This document shows, piece by piece, positions 26,929 through 39,560 of a DNA stretch of 64,000 bases (position 1 is its first letter; each line of letters opens with the position of its first letter). The stretch covers positions 1,860,001-1,924,000 of the forward strand of contig OX597831.1 in NCBI GenBank assembly GCA_951406725.2. Reading direction: 5' to 3'. Made by a program: the position numbers and the translations under genes. Under the pieces are notes generated by a model. The model searched no databases. It saw only the letters and a list, made by a program, of their open reading frames with translations, and was not told where the DNA came from. The stretch is from Octopus vulgaris. Lineage: Eukaryota.

Positions 26929-27114
26929 GAGACCTCATTCACTGGAACGAAGTGTGTGACTCGTAAAACCTCTACATCCAGTTCTAAGAGTTTACCTTGC
27001 AGGACAGCGTTGGTGAACCATAATATTCCACGAACACATTCAGCATCCACTTCACAAGATGCCAACTCACATTTCAAAGGCCAAAAGCGAACCACTCTGA
27101 CAACAGAATTGTGA
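26929..27114 (+). CDS. Terminal coding exon ending ...KRTTLTTEL-stop (class I PDZ-binding-like C-terminus)
   Basis: tttgacAG acceptor. Phase-0 open frame ETSFTGTKCVTRK...TTEL, TGA at 27112-27114, in frame with the 17522 exon. Confidence 0.75.
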   Translation, partial: ETSFTGTKCVTRKTSTSSSKSLPCRTALVNHNIPRTHSASTSQDANSHFKGQKRTTLTTEL

Positions 27115-27630
27115 AATGGACACATGGGGGCAGGGATATCATGACAAGAGTCTTGACCAGTGATACACACACACACACACACTCATGTGCTTATATGTAC
27201 CAACACACTATTTCATATATGTTTCCATGCATATACATACATACCTACAGAGATGTAAATACTGAAACAGACACACATCTACATACAAACACACATGAAC
27301 AGACAGATATATGCAAACATTCACAAGCTATATATGCACTATATACATTATGTGTGCATGTATGTACGTGTGTGTGTGTGTGTGTATGTGAAAACTCTGT
27401 TTCTCACATAACGGAAATGGAATGTACTGGTTGCCTAGCAACATTTCAATTTGACTGTAAATGTTTGAATCACATCTGCCTTAGCATTTAATATTATACA
27501 CACATGTACAGTTATGTATGGGCATGCAGCCACCCACACAAATACATATATACACACACACACTCCATATATATATATGTATGTATGTATGTATATGCCA
27601 CATATATTGTTCAGTTCCTACTTTAATGAC

Positions 27631-27664
<34 letters not shown>

Positions 27665-28169
27665 TATACACAAATATATATATATTTACATATACATACA
27701 TGTATGTATATATATAAATAAATAAATATACACACATACAAATACCTGTCTCTTCATATGCTACAAGCTAAACAAAAGATGATTGGTAAGACATGCTTAA
27801 AAGATTTAAACCCCGACCTCTGTATATGTGTGTGTTGAGAGAGAGAGAGAGAGATGGGAGGGAAGGAGGAAGGAAGTGTTCGTTTAATCTCTGTAAATCC
27901 TGTCTGTCTGTCATACCCCACTACACAACATCTACCTTTCCTCCTCCCTTTACAACTGTTAGCTTTGAACATCATGTTGTACCAAATCTATACACTAATC
28001 TACGCCTCCACTTCAAGAGAGAGAGAGAAAAAGTAGGAGTGGGAACCTCCACTCACTTACTCCTCCTCGAGGAAATAATGGCCAGGTGTGGGGAGTAGTG
28101 ATAAGACTGTATAAGATTTATATATTGGATTATTGAGTGGGACCAACTGATATTTTCTCCATTTATCTG

Positions 28170-28205
<36 letters not shown>

Positions 28206-28296
28206 TTCAGTGTGTATAAATGCATATCTGTCTATCTATGCTAAGTTATCTGTTAGTATATCAATCTCTCTCTCTCTCACTCCATGTGAGTATGTA

Positions 28297-28371
<75 letters not shown>

Positions 28372-28487
28372 TGGCCTGCTCACTTAGCCAGCGGGGTGGC
28401 GTCATTCGAAGGCTAAAACAATGCGAACGCATTGTGACCAGCGATGTGTAACAACATCTGATGGTCTGGTCGGTCACGTGATCATGT

Positions 28488-28529
<42 letters not shown>

Positions 28530-28876
28530 TAAACACATACAAAGGTAACTGATCAGTTGATCCCTTACCTGTGGAGATCAACTTACATATAATTGTATAA
28601 ATACAAACACCCTCTTTCCCCCTATATAATCATCATTGTCATTTCAAATGCAGTTTTCCATGTTTGCATCGGACAAACAGGATCTATTTAGACAGGGTTT
28701 TTTTTTTTTCATAGCTGGATGCCTTGCATGTCACCAGCCTAGATAATAATTCCCCACGGCCAGACATGGTAACGACACTGCTTGTATGACAGTGACACTG
28801 ACTCACAATTACTATGTGATGTGAAGACATATACACCTCTTCTTCTGTCTGACTCTCTCTCCTCCTCTCTCCCTAC

Positions 28877-28913
<37 letters not shown>

Positions 28914-29092
28914 TCAGTAAATGGTGGGGTTGTGTTGGAGGAAAAAATAATAAGGCAGAATGCTAAACTGAAAGTAAATTTTAATAAAAATGGGTGCATG
29001 AAAATTTTTTATTTTTTTTTTTATTTTTCATACACCCGTTTTTATTAAAATTTACTTTCAGCTTAGCATTCTGCCTTATCATTTTTTCCTTT

Positions 29093-29136
<44 letters not shown>

Positions 29137-30118
29137 TGTATGTATTCATCTATCAATCAGTTTCAAAGAAAGAAAGCTACTCGCAAGAATATTTGAATAA
29201 GTTTTCAAATACTGTGAACTAATGTAAGTTGTGTATATATATATATATATATATTATATCCTGTAGCAGACTGTTAAATTATATTTATTAAGTCTTTGGG
29301 TACCTTTAGTAGAGTTGCATGTATTTGGACTAGATCCCAGGTTTGAGGATTCCTTTCTCCCACAAATGCATGTCTATATGTGTGTGTATATGTTTATGTG
29401 TATGTATATATATTATACAAATGCATATATGATTGTGTGTGTGTATATACACATACACTCACACACAGTAGCTTTGCCACTTGTAAACTAATCTACTCAA
29501 GACAATAAGAAATATTACCTTGAAGACTTTGCTTTTTTTTTTATTCCTAGACGTCTTATTTTTGTTTTTTTTTATTTTATTTTATTTTAATTCTGAAGAA
29601 ATACACAAAAACAAAACCAAACATATTATGGGTTCATGGGTTCAATCTTTGCTGAGGTCTTCATTTATTCTTCAGTTGGTTGGGTGGGGGTCCATCTCAG
29701 TAATTCAAAGGTTGAAAGAATGGAAGATGAGAAGAAAATTATTTTAATCTTTTCCCCCTAATATTTTGTATCATCTTTTATGTATTTTCATAACTTCTAT
29801 CATTGTAGTTTTGTTTTTGTTATTATCAAGGACGGTGGCTGATTGGAGAAAATACCTTGTGGTGTTTCTGTTCTAAGTTCAAAACCCTTGCCAAAGGTTG
29901 TCTCTGCTTTTCAATCTTCTCAGATAGAGGTGGTACGATGGAGGGGGTCGATTAAAATAGTTATTCAATAAAATATTTGCAGCTTAATCAACTATATCCA
30001 GCCCCCACAACCCATGTATTTTCTATTGCACACATTAGTGACCATGTAATTCTGCCGAGGTCAACTTTACCTATCATTCTTTCGAGGTTGATAAAATAAA
30101 TACCAGTTGAACACTGCA

Positions 30119-30149
<31 letters not shown>

Positions 30150-33100
30150 GGGCAACAAGTTGGCAGGATTCAAGTACCACCAGTGTCGACTTGGTCTTTC
30201 ATCCTTTCAGGGTTGATAAAATAAGTACCAGTTGAACAGTAAGGTCAACGTAACCAACTTACCCCAATGTCCAAGCTTGCTGGCCTTGTGCCAAAATCTG
30301 AAATTACTATTATTATCATTATTAAGGTAGCATGCTGGACAATATGCTTAGCAGATTTTCTTCAGGCTTTTTGTTCTGATTTCAAATTCTGCTACGGTCA
30401 ACTTTGCCTTTCGTCCTTTATCTGCTGGTCAATAAAATAAGTACCAAATAAGTACTAGCGTTGATGAAATCTGCTGTCCCCCTGACCATCAAACTTCAGG
30501 CCTTGTGCCTAGAGTAGAAAAGATTCTTCTTGATATTATTATCGTGGTCATGTGTGCAGAGGTGGGTCGTGGTGTGGTGGTAAGTTCTTTGCAGTTTATA
30601 TATTCAGTGTTGCTGGAAGGCTTCTTCACACCCATCAGTGTTGGCTAAAAGGAAGTGTAATGAACCTCATCACTTTCCATTTTGATGTCTTTTTAAGATT
30701 ACTGGTTTTTTTCACTATCACTATCAAACAAAACATGTAAAAAAAAAAAATTGAAGTCTTTTTTTTAAACGTTGTTGTTGCAATATTTTAATTGTATTAA
30801 GTAACAAATTTGCTGTTCTCACATCACAGGTTAAATTTAGTATATTATTTGTATGTTAATTATAGTTGACAAAGTTTTGAAATCGCTTCATTCTGTGTAA
30901 CACACACACAAGCATATAACCATTCATGTAACATATCCACTAATGCACAAATATATACATGTATGTAACTGATGTATTAATCCAAACAAGTAGAAGAGTA
31001 GAAGAAATGAAGTTGAAAATGTACAAAGAATAAGAATTAATTAGAATTTAATTATACTTTGAAATAGAGGAATACAATTGATTTAGATTTTCAAAAGTGT
31101 ATAGTATATTGGAACTGTCACAAATTATGTCTGTTCTGGCTATTGTTACAAAAATTTTGTTTTTAAAAAATAATGTCTCTCAGAATACTATCTGTTAATG
31201 TACAAATTGATTGGTCAACTTCAGATTCTAAGCTCGTGACCGTTATGTGAGATGGTTACATAAAAGCTTTTCTCCATTGACTATGTCGTACGACAGAAAA
31301 GAGAGAAGTAAAGAAATGGGGGAACTTTTAAAATTATAATAAAAAAAAAAGTTATTCACTTAAAACTTTGCAATCAATAGTAACGTGTGTATAATTCTTA
31401 GACTTAGAATTTGCAAAGAATTGTGTTGACTCGTGTCTTCTCTAGATGATAACTAATTGGACAGACTTGCAATTCATGCAGCTGAAACCAAGGAAAGTTA
31501 TTTAATACTGTTAAATATAAAGAATAGTCTCCTATTAGTCCATGGCTTTCTGAACTAGTTCTTTCAGTTTTGGGACCAGGAATTGTCCAACAGACTTATC
31601 TCTTATTCTGTCACTAATGAATCTGGACAAAAGAGCTTTAGTTCCATTTATTGGAATTTTGTCCATTTAGTGAACAGCCTTCCAAACTTTATTCACATCA
31701 AACTCTAAGATGTCATCTTGCTGACTGATATCATCAGTGTTGATCATGTTTGGATCTTTCTCAATGAAGGTTTCATTACTTTCTCACCTTAAACAAAGGT
31801 ACTATTCTCCATCTTTCTCATTTTCCACTAAAAAAATTCGTGAGATGTATCCATTGATTGGTCTGTTACAATGACAAGTTTGATAGCAAACATTTCCAGT
31901 TCATTATTGTTCACCCCTTCCAGTTTGGGAAAATTTAGCACCCTTCTTCTTCCCCTACAAGCTCCTCCAATACATGAAATAAGTAAAATAGTTCTTGCTT
32001 TTAGTTATTGAAAATAGAAATGATTGAACGGTCTCCATGGATCTACAATAAAGACAATACAAATCTCGATTTCTTCATCATAAACTTCAAGTTCTTCATT
32101 ATTATCAAATAGGTATTTTGCCTTTTATTGTCCAACTAGCCAATGCTATGTGGTGTGACTGTCATCACAAAAAGAGAGATAATGGAGTTATTTCTTCCTT
32201 GGCCTGTCCAATGATGATCTGGTATGATTTCCAGATTTCTTCCAGTTTGTTACTCCAAGTTTCTGAGAACTTCCACACACAAGCAAGGACCACATCCAAA
32301 TCTGGAAATTTAATGGAATTCAAATTTAAATAAATCACACATTATATAAATTTGTATATAACGAAAAACACATGAAATAGATGAACATACACATATAAAA
32401 AAAAAAAAATCACACACACACACACCTCAGATATGCTAATGCCTGTACAATAGAACTGTGAAGTATGAAAAAGACTGCTGTTATTGTTGTAATTGTTATT
32501 GTTGTTGTCTTTAATGTCTAACATTTGACTCAGTTTCCATTTCATAATTTGAACCCTCGTCTATGTTCAGAATGATATGATAAATTATCTTTTTGTCCAA
32601 TTAGCCAATGCTGTATGGTGTGACTGTCTGACTGGCCACTGACCCAGCTAGGTGTTTTAGTCTGACCAACTACAGACATAAAAGGTAGACTGTCTAATTA
32701 TCAGTCAATGACTTTTTACATGTTCATTGTTTGGCCAACCACTGGACATGGATTGTCTGACGAACTGAAAACAAGGGCTGGTCCGACCAGTCAAAGACTT
32801 GTGGTAACCAATCATAAATTTGTTTGGTTTAACCAATCGACTGCTAACATGTTATAGTATGCTCTATAAGATCACCAAATTGACCACAATTATATTATTG
32901 ACCACTACCTTATGGTGAAAAATTGACCATTTTGATATGGTATGGACTAACTGACAGATCTTTATTTTCCCCTCCTGTTTTATCATTAACATTTTCTTTG
33001 CTATACTTTGCCTATCTGTGTGCGTGCGTGTGTGTGTGTGCGCGTGTATGTGTGCGTGCGTGTGTGTAATCTGTCCTTTTGATTTCTCTTTATACAACAA

Positions 33101-33273
33101 CTGCTATTATTGTTTTGTCTTGACATTTAAAAATTCATGGCTGATAAGAGTCCAGGACCAACTGAAACCCCCACCCTTGCCACCTCCACTTGGCCACCCT
33201 CCTGTGGTACATTATTATCTTCTGTGCTATTGAAGTAGGTTAACTATTGTAAATGTGAAACATACATGACTGG

Positions 33274-33310
33274 AATAAAGTTCAAACGAAATAAATATTA
33301 TTATAATAAA
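33274..33310 (+). other. Candidate polyadenylation signal cluster for the + strand gene (would imply a 3'UTR of about 6 kb)
   Basis: Three AATAAA hexamers followed by a GT/T-rich tract (ggttgtttgtttgtttttg). Earlier sites cannot be excluded. Confidence 0.3.
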
Positions 33311-34229
33311 TACTGCACGGTTGTTTGTTTGTTTTTGTCTATTATGGTAACTAACTCTTTTATCTTCTACTTATTTGCTTCAGTCATTAGACTGCAGCCA
33401 TGCTGGAGCACCAACTAGAATGGTTTAGTCAAACAAATGGTCCTACAGAACTATTATATAGTTCTATATTCTGATGGTCTCTTTTTATTGAACTGCTCAG
33501 TTATGGGGATACAAACCAAAACAAGTTGTCTGGTTGTGGAGGGAGACAAACACACACACACTCATAGATATCTATGTGTATGTGTGTATTATATATATAT
33601 ATGTAATGTGTAGTTGTGTGTGTGTGTGTATATATATATCATCATCGTTTAGCGTCCGCTTTCCATGCTATCATGGGTTGGACGGTTCAACTGGGGTCTG
33701 GAAAGCCAGAAGGCTGCACCAGGCCCAGTCTGATCTGGCAATGTTTCTACGGCTGGATGCCCTTCCTAACGCCAACCACTCCATGAGTGTAGTGGGTGCT
33801 TTTTACGTGCCAGAAGAGTCTGGCAAATGGCCACGATCGGATGGTTTTCCTTTTTATGTGCCACCGGCACAAGGGCCAAGCGAGGCTGGCAACGGCCACG
33901 AACGGATGGTGCTTTCTACATGCCACCGGTACAAGGCTAGTCGGGGCGGCGCTGGCAATGGCCACGTTCGGATGGTATATATATATATAATGTATGCATG
34001 TATACAATATATATAAAATGTATGTATGTATATAAATATGGGCTTTCAGTTTCTATCAAATCCACTCATGAAACATTGGTCACCCTGAGGCTATTGAAGA
34101 TGCTTGCCCAAGGTGCCATGCAGTAGAAGTGAGCCCAGAGCCATGTGATTGGGAAGCAGACTTCTTATCCAGCAACCACAGAATACAACGCTAGCCAGAT
34201 TCTTACATGAAGAGCTGATGTGATGAATC

Positions 34230-35360
34230 AAACAGTGAAAAACATAAACCAAAACATAAAAATAAATATAATATACAAAAAATATAAAATTTAAAATTTT
34301 TAATTTATATTTATAAATGTTTATATTTTTTTAAATATATATATATTTTAAATATAACTATCAAAAAGTATTAAAAAGTTTATATAATATAAGTAAAACC
34401 ACTACGTACGTTTCATGGCCATAACCCAATTCGAATTAAAATTCAAATTATAATTATAGTCAATCTTCAGGTTAATGATAATAGTTAAATAAATAAGCAA
34501 ATATATTTAAACAATATTTTTTAAGAAATAAATAAAATAATAATTTTTCTTATAAAAAACTCTATTATCAAATTAGAAACTTTAATGATTAGGATTATGT
34601 CATACAATCCAATTATAATGTTAAATATTAATTTTTAAGGTAAAAATAGATAAAAAATGTATTTATCTATTAAGATATAATATGGCTTTACAAAACATAA
34701 TAAACTCACGAATAACCTAATTTCAGTTATAGTCAATATCTAATTACCAAATTATTTAACAAAAAAATAATCACTATTCATATTTTTAAATTTAAGTTCA
34801 AATCTAATATATTTAAGAATAATAACTAAATTATTATCAATAAATATAATAATTAAGATCTAAAATTTTCTCTATCAATAAATATATATACATATAATGA
34901 AAACTAAATAAATTAATTATTCCATTATTACTTACAAAATATATTAAAGAATTAAAGATGAAAAAGCAAATTATAAACGTAAAACCTATCTTAAAAAAAA
35001 ACGTTTAACTATTTAACGATCAATATATCTCGTTGGCTAATTAATAACTTACAAAAACCGTATAGTTATAATCTAATAATGAAATACATATCGTCAACAA
35101 CAAAATATTTATACAATCAAATTATCAATCCTTAGTTATATAGTATGCAATATAACATAAATTATTAAAATAACTTTAATAAAAAGGTTTACTAAGCTTT
35201 CAAAAATCGTGTCATTAACTAAACTAATAATAAACAAATGGAAAATTCTTTTAACAATGAAAATTACGAATATATTTTATCAATGAAAAATACTAATACA
35301 AATTATCAATGGAAAATGGCTATATTTAAGCTATAATAGAACAAAGTCACTATTAGAGAT
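34230..35360 (-). mobile_element. Extremely AT-rich block, probably a decayed Penelope-like retroelement 3' region
   Basis: Hammerhead near the 3' end of the - strand. Weak remnants (RYID..., ...DRFYV) resemble a GIY-YIG segment. No intact ORF. Confidence 0.35.
34399..34474 (-). ncRNA. Hammerhead ribozyme motif, family 3, at the edge of an AT-rich block
   Basis: Reverse complement ac-CTGAAGA-t-TGACTATAA...TTATGGCCA-t-GAAA-CGTACG-TA-gtgg. Palindromic ACGTACGT stem III, GUA triplet, stem I partly eroded. Confidence 0.6.
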
Positions 35361-35361
35361 A

Positions 35362-35413
<52 letters not shown>

Positions 35414-35744
35414 GTTCCACTGCATGACACCTACTATAGCCTTGAGCTGACCAAAGCTTGTGAGTGGATTTGGTAGACAGAAATTGAAAGAAGCCCATTG
35501 TGTGTGTGTATACACACACAAATAAATTAGGGTACTGAAATACCAGTCAACACTCCAGAGCTGCAAATTTCTCACAATTAAGAAACGTGGTGAATGTAAA
35601 GAAATATAATAAAAATAGGCCTTACCTTTGCATAAACCACAAAGCAAGATCAGATATCTTGGTATCAACTGGTTTCACTAGAATCTGTTGCTTCATTAAA
35701 CAGAATAAAGCACAAAATAGACATAAAAATCAATATTAGATGAG

Positions 35745-38700
35745 CCATAAAGAATAAAAGGTGCACAGGTATATCAAAAGTGGCATTGGTGAATTTCAGG
35801 AAGCATGGAGTTTTTAAAGGCGGTAGTCTCCTAATAGCTAACAACTGACGTGAGTAGCTTGTTCCATTCTTCAACAACTGAGCATTGAATGAGGTTTCCA
35901 AAAAATCATGAGTGCTGCACTGATTTTTGATTTCACATGTGGTAAAGCTATTGAATTCCAAAAGAAGGTGGATAATCTTGTACCAAATCAGCAGCTATAT
36001 GTCAAAACTTTGTGTCATTTTCCAGAGCAGATATGGTGAGATACATTTAAGATACGGTAAGTGATTAGCTGAAGGTATTCATCTGGTTGCATGTCTTTAG
36101 ACAGATTCCAGCAGATCAATATTCTGAATAAGATGAGGGTTCTAGACTGGCGATGCAAACTTTTAAGTGTGGACGTACCATAGCTTTAAATAGATATTTG
36201 GGAGGTAGCCAACAAAGGTTTTACTGAGCAATGCTAAAATACTATTAGTCTTTTTGATAATTTCAGAAATGTGGTTTGCCCAGCACAGAGCATTGCTGAC
36301 AATGATGTCTAGGTCACATTCACCAGCAGACTTTTTAAAGTTGGTGTTGTGCAAGGAGTAGATAAATTCCAAATTTTTGCTTCCAAAATTTATAGTGTCT
36401 ATAGCTAACTTGAGTTGCTATTTAGTAATCCATTGTTGCATTCTGTCCAGGTCAGATTGCATGAAAGATCTATGGATCCATTCTTTTTATTTCAAAGTAC
36501 AGCTTAATGTTACCAGAACGCTTCTAGTTGACATCTATTTCCTTAATGCATGCAACAAATAACAGGAGACCAAAAACAAATCTTTGCAAGACAATAGTCA
36601 TTATTGTATAAGGTGCAGAATACTGTCTTGGTATCATATTTACCTATTTTTGATTGAGAATGGAGGACTCCAACCAGTTATACTTGATGTCTATTGCAGA
36701 GACTTTCACCATAAGTCATTTGAGTGGCATAGAATAAAAGCCTTTCACGAAATTGAGGTAGATAACTTCCACCCATGAATCACATCTATGATCCAAATAT
36801 CGTTTAAGAAATTCAATGAGTTGATCACAGCAGCTGGAGGTAGAGATAAGTTCAAATCACGGGGGCCAACAAAAGTTATGAGAGTTCCAGAAGTTCCAGG
36901 GTGTCTCTCTGACAGAACACTCCATCAAGCTGGTTACACAATTTGTGAGACTGATTGGACAGTAATTGACAGGAAAGCAATAACATTGGCAATTTTCTAC
37001 TGTTCTGAGGTAATGTAATTATTGAGGCAGAATTGGAAAAGTAGTGAAAGCTGATGCAGCAGAAAGAGCCTGATGACAGGTGGCAAGCTGGCAGAAACAT
37101 TATCACGCCAGGCGAAATGCTTAGCAGTATTTCATCTGCCGTTACGTTCTGAGCTCAAATTCCACCAAAGTCGACTTTGCCTTTCATCCTTTCGGGGTCG
37201 ATAAATTAAGTACCAGTTACGCACTAGGGTTGATGTAATCAACTTAATCCGTTTGTCTGTCCTTGTTTGTCCCCTCTATGTTTAGCCCCTTGTGGGCAAT
37301 AAAGAAATAAGAAAGAGCCTGGTGAATTTGAGAAGCAGATAAATAAGACCATCAAGACTAGGAGAGGCATAGTTAAACATATACTTAAGATGATGTTGCA
37401 GCAATGCAGGAGTAAATTGAACAGATGTTATGGAATTTGGTGTCAGTAGTGGTAAAGATGGATATCTGGATTTCCAACAATAAAATTCCAAATAACATTC
37501 AGTAACGGTGTGTGCACTCAAAATTTTAAACTGTGCAAGGATTTCAAACAAAGGCAATTGGAGTGTAAGGCCCTTTAACATCCAGATTGGTTGCTATACT
37601 TTGTTCAAGTACTGCTTTCTAATCACCTGCTTGATATGGTTTGACACGCTGTTGCGCTTTCCAGTTTTCTCTGTTCTGCATAGTCTAAATTCACGTGCAG
37701 CATCCTGACACTCTTTCCTGACAAAGCAGACAGTTGTAGCTCTTGATAGTGCACTTTCGGCGTTTCTAATGCGTTTACATAGAACTGATGTTTTGCATGC
37801 AGCCAAGACTGAATTAAGGATGTGCTGAAGAATAGTATTGACAACTCTGGAATCATAAAATGCAAGTCAGTTTGGGCAATGTAGCTCAATACAATAGTCA
37901 ATGCAAGCAGTTTGAAGCTGAAAACCCCATCACAGAGTGCAGAGTGTGCCCATGTTTCAATGACTGTGATGAAATCTGGGTCAATACTTTTGATGTAAGA
38001 GTCAAAAAGATGTACCTTGTTGCATAAACTATGGGCATTCAAGGACAGCAGTTTGTAACTGGATTTCAGATGGTGATGATATACAGAGGATGGCTGATTG
38101 TTCTTGTTTAGTTTCCCATGATTTTTGTATTGCCAGTTGTTGTGGGTGCAGTTTGCTCAGTCCAACTGATATCCCTTATCCACGACTCACCAGACTTGAT
38201 AAATTTCCATATTTGCCCATCATCGCGTAGGCTAAAGCTTTCCTGTGGCACAGAGTTGCGATTTAGGGAAGCTACAGATCTTAGCTTTGGGCGTACATCA
38301 GGTGGTAGGCCAGGACGTGTCCTAAAGGTATTTCTGTTTTCGCGCCGAGCCCTATCAGCAGCTAGATAGTATGCCTACGCCTCAGTAGAGTTTGAAAACA
38401 TCAGCCTGATCAACCTGGGTTTGGGATCCTGGTCGGCCAAGGCAGAAAGCACTTTTTGGAGGAACACAGCTTAGGTCTTTAGATGTGCTTCCAGTAAATG
38501 CCTGCAGATCTATCACATCTTCTGGTACTCCGATGGCAATTACCTCATGAGTGGTTGATTCAGCAACTTCCTCGATGCATCGAGGTTCCGTACGAGCTAA
38601 GGGTAAATTGCTGAGCAAGGCACTCCGATACGACCCCTCGTTGTGAGGTTTCACGCAACGCTAGTTTTTATTCCTGCTATTTCACGACTTAAAGCAGAAA

Positions 38701-39560
38701 TCATTTGTCTAATTTCCGCAACTTCTGTGCTGATGGTCGATTTCTGTTTTAGTTGAGAAGTATCGGGAGAGGAGGGCATGATTGGCTTTTGTTCCTGCTG
38801 ATGTACTTCAACTGGAATGATCAATTTTCGTTGTTGAAGAGCAATAGGGGAGGAAGACACAGGCAGCTTAAGTTTTTGTTTTTGTTGATGTTCTTCAACA
38901 GGAATGGCCGATTTTTGTTGCTGATGTTGAAGAGTGACAGGGGAGGAAGACATGAGAGGCTTTAACCTTTGCTGTTGTTCTTCATCAACAGGACTGGTTT
39001 TGGGAGACAAAGTACTCGGGTTTTTGCTGTTCAGCAGCAATGGCAGTGGAAGACACGGTTGTCGGATTTTGCTGTTGCTGTTCAGCAGCAATGGTAGCAG
39101 GGGACACACAAGTCAGGCACTGAAACGACCAGTTTTGTAGCTGGACCATTTCCCAGAGTTTATACATCATAGAAGTATGGTGTCCTTTCTCTTGACCTGG
39201 TATCTTTTGAAAGTTTGTGGCACATTGAAAGCAGATCGAAACACGACATTTACTGCATTCAACCCATCTATTTCAGAAGGAATTTTCGAGTCTTGTGCAT
39301 AGATGACAGATGTGATTTGTCGGGCAACGTTCTATTTTAGGACAGCGACCAGTTTTGTTGCACAGCTCATCCACGGATGATACCGTGGCAGTTTTGTTCT
39401 GTCTGCCCATCCGTACCGTAGTACAAGGTAAACAAAGAAAAAAAATGTGAAGATATAGCACACTTGTTAGGGAAATAAATAAGATGTTTTTATTTTTTGT
39501 TGTTATTGTTGTTAACTGTTTCCGCTTTCCTCATTGTATGTGTGTATACAAGATGCAATT
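35745..39560 (-). mobile_element. Near full-length degenerate CR1-clade LINE (PHD-like ORF1, APE, RT)
   Basis: ORF1 has CHLC..WVECSKC..CFQC..WSFQCLTC, a Gln-rich region and a coiled coil (38382-39410). APE start NAHSLCNK..ETW (37623-38042), RT C-terminus (36163-36372), 3' end homologous to 2188-3091. A SINE is inserted at about 37077-37310. Confidence 0.85.

Noticed and set aside
26929-27114. Naming the gene as a Cad99C/PCDH15-type cadherin from the TTEL end
   Set aside because: A four-residue match is insufficient, and no cadherin or transmembrane exon is in the window.
34230-35360. Nuclear mitochondrial insertion
   Set aside because: No recognisable mitochondrial gene, tRNA or rRNA motif by eye. 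The hammerhead favours a PLE origin, but a NUMT is not formally excluded.
35665-35961. 98-aa ORF with a hydrophobic end
   Set aside because: Mostly the decayed 3' end of the CR1 element.
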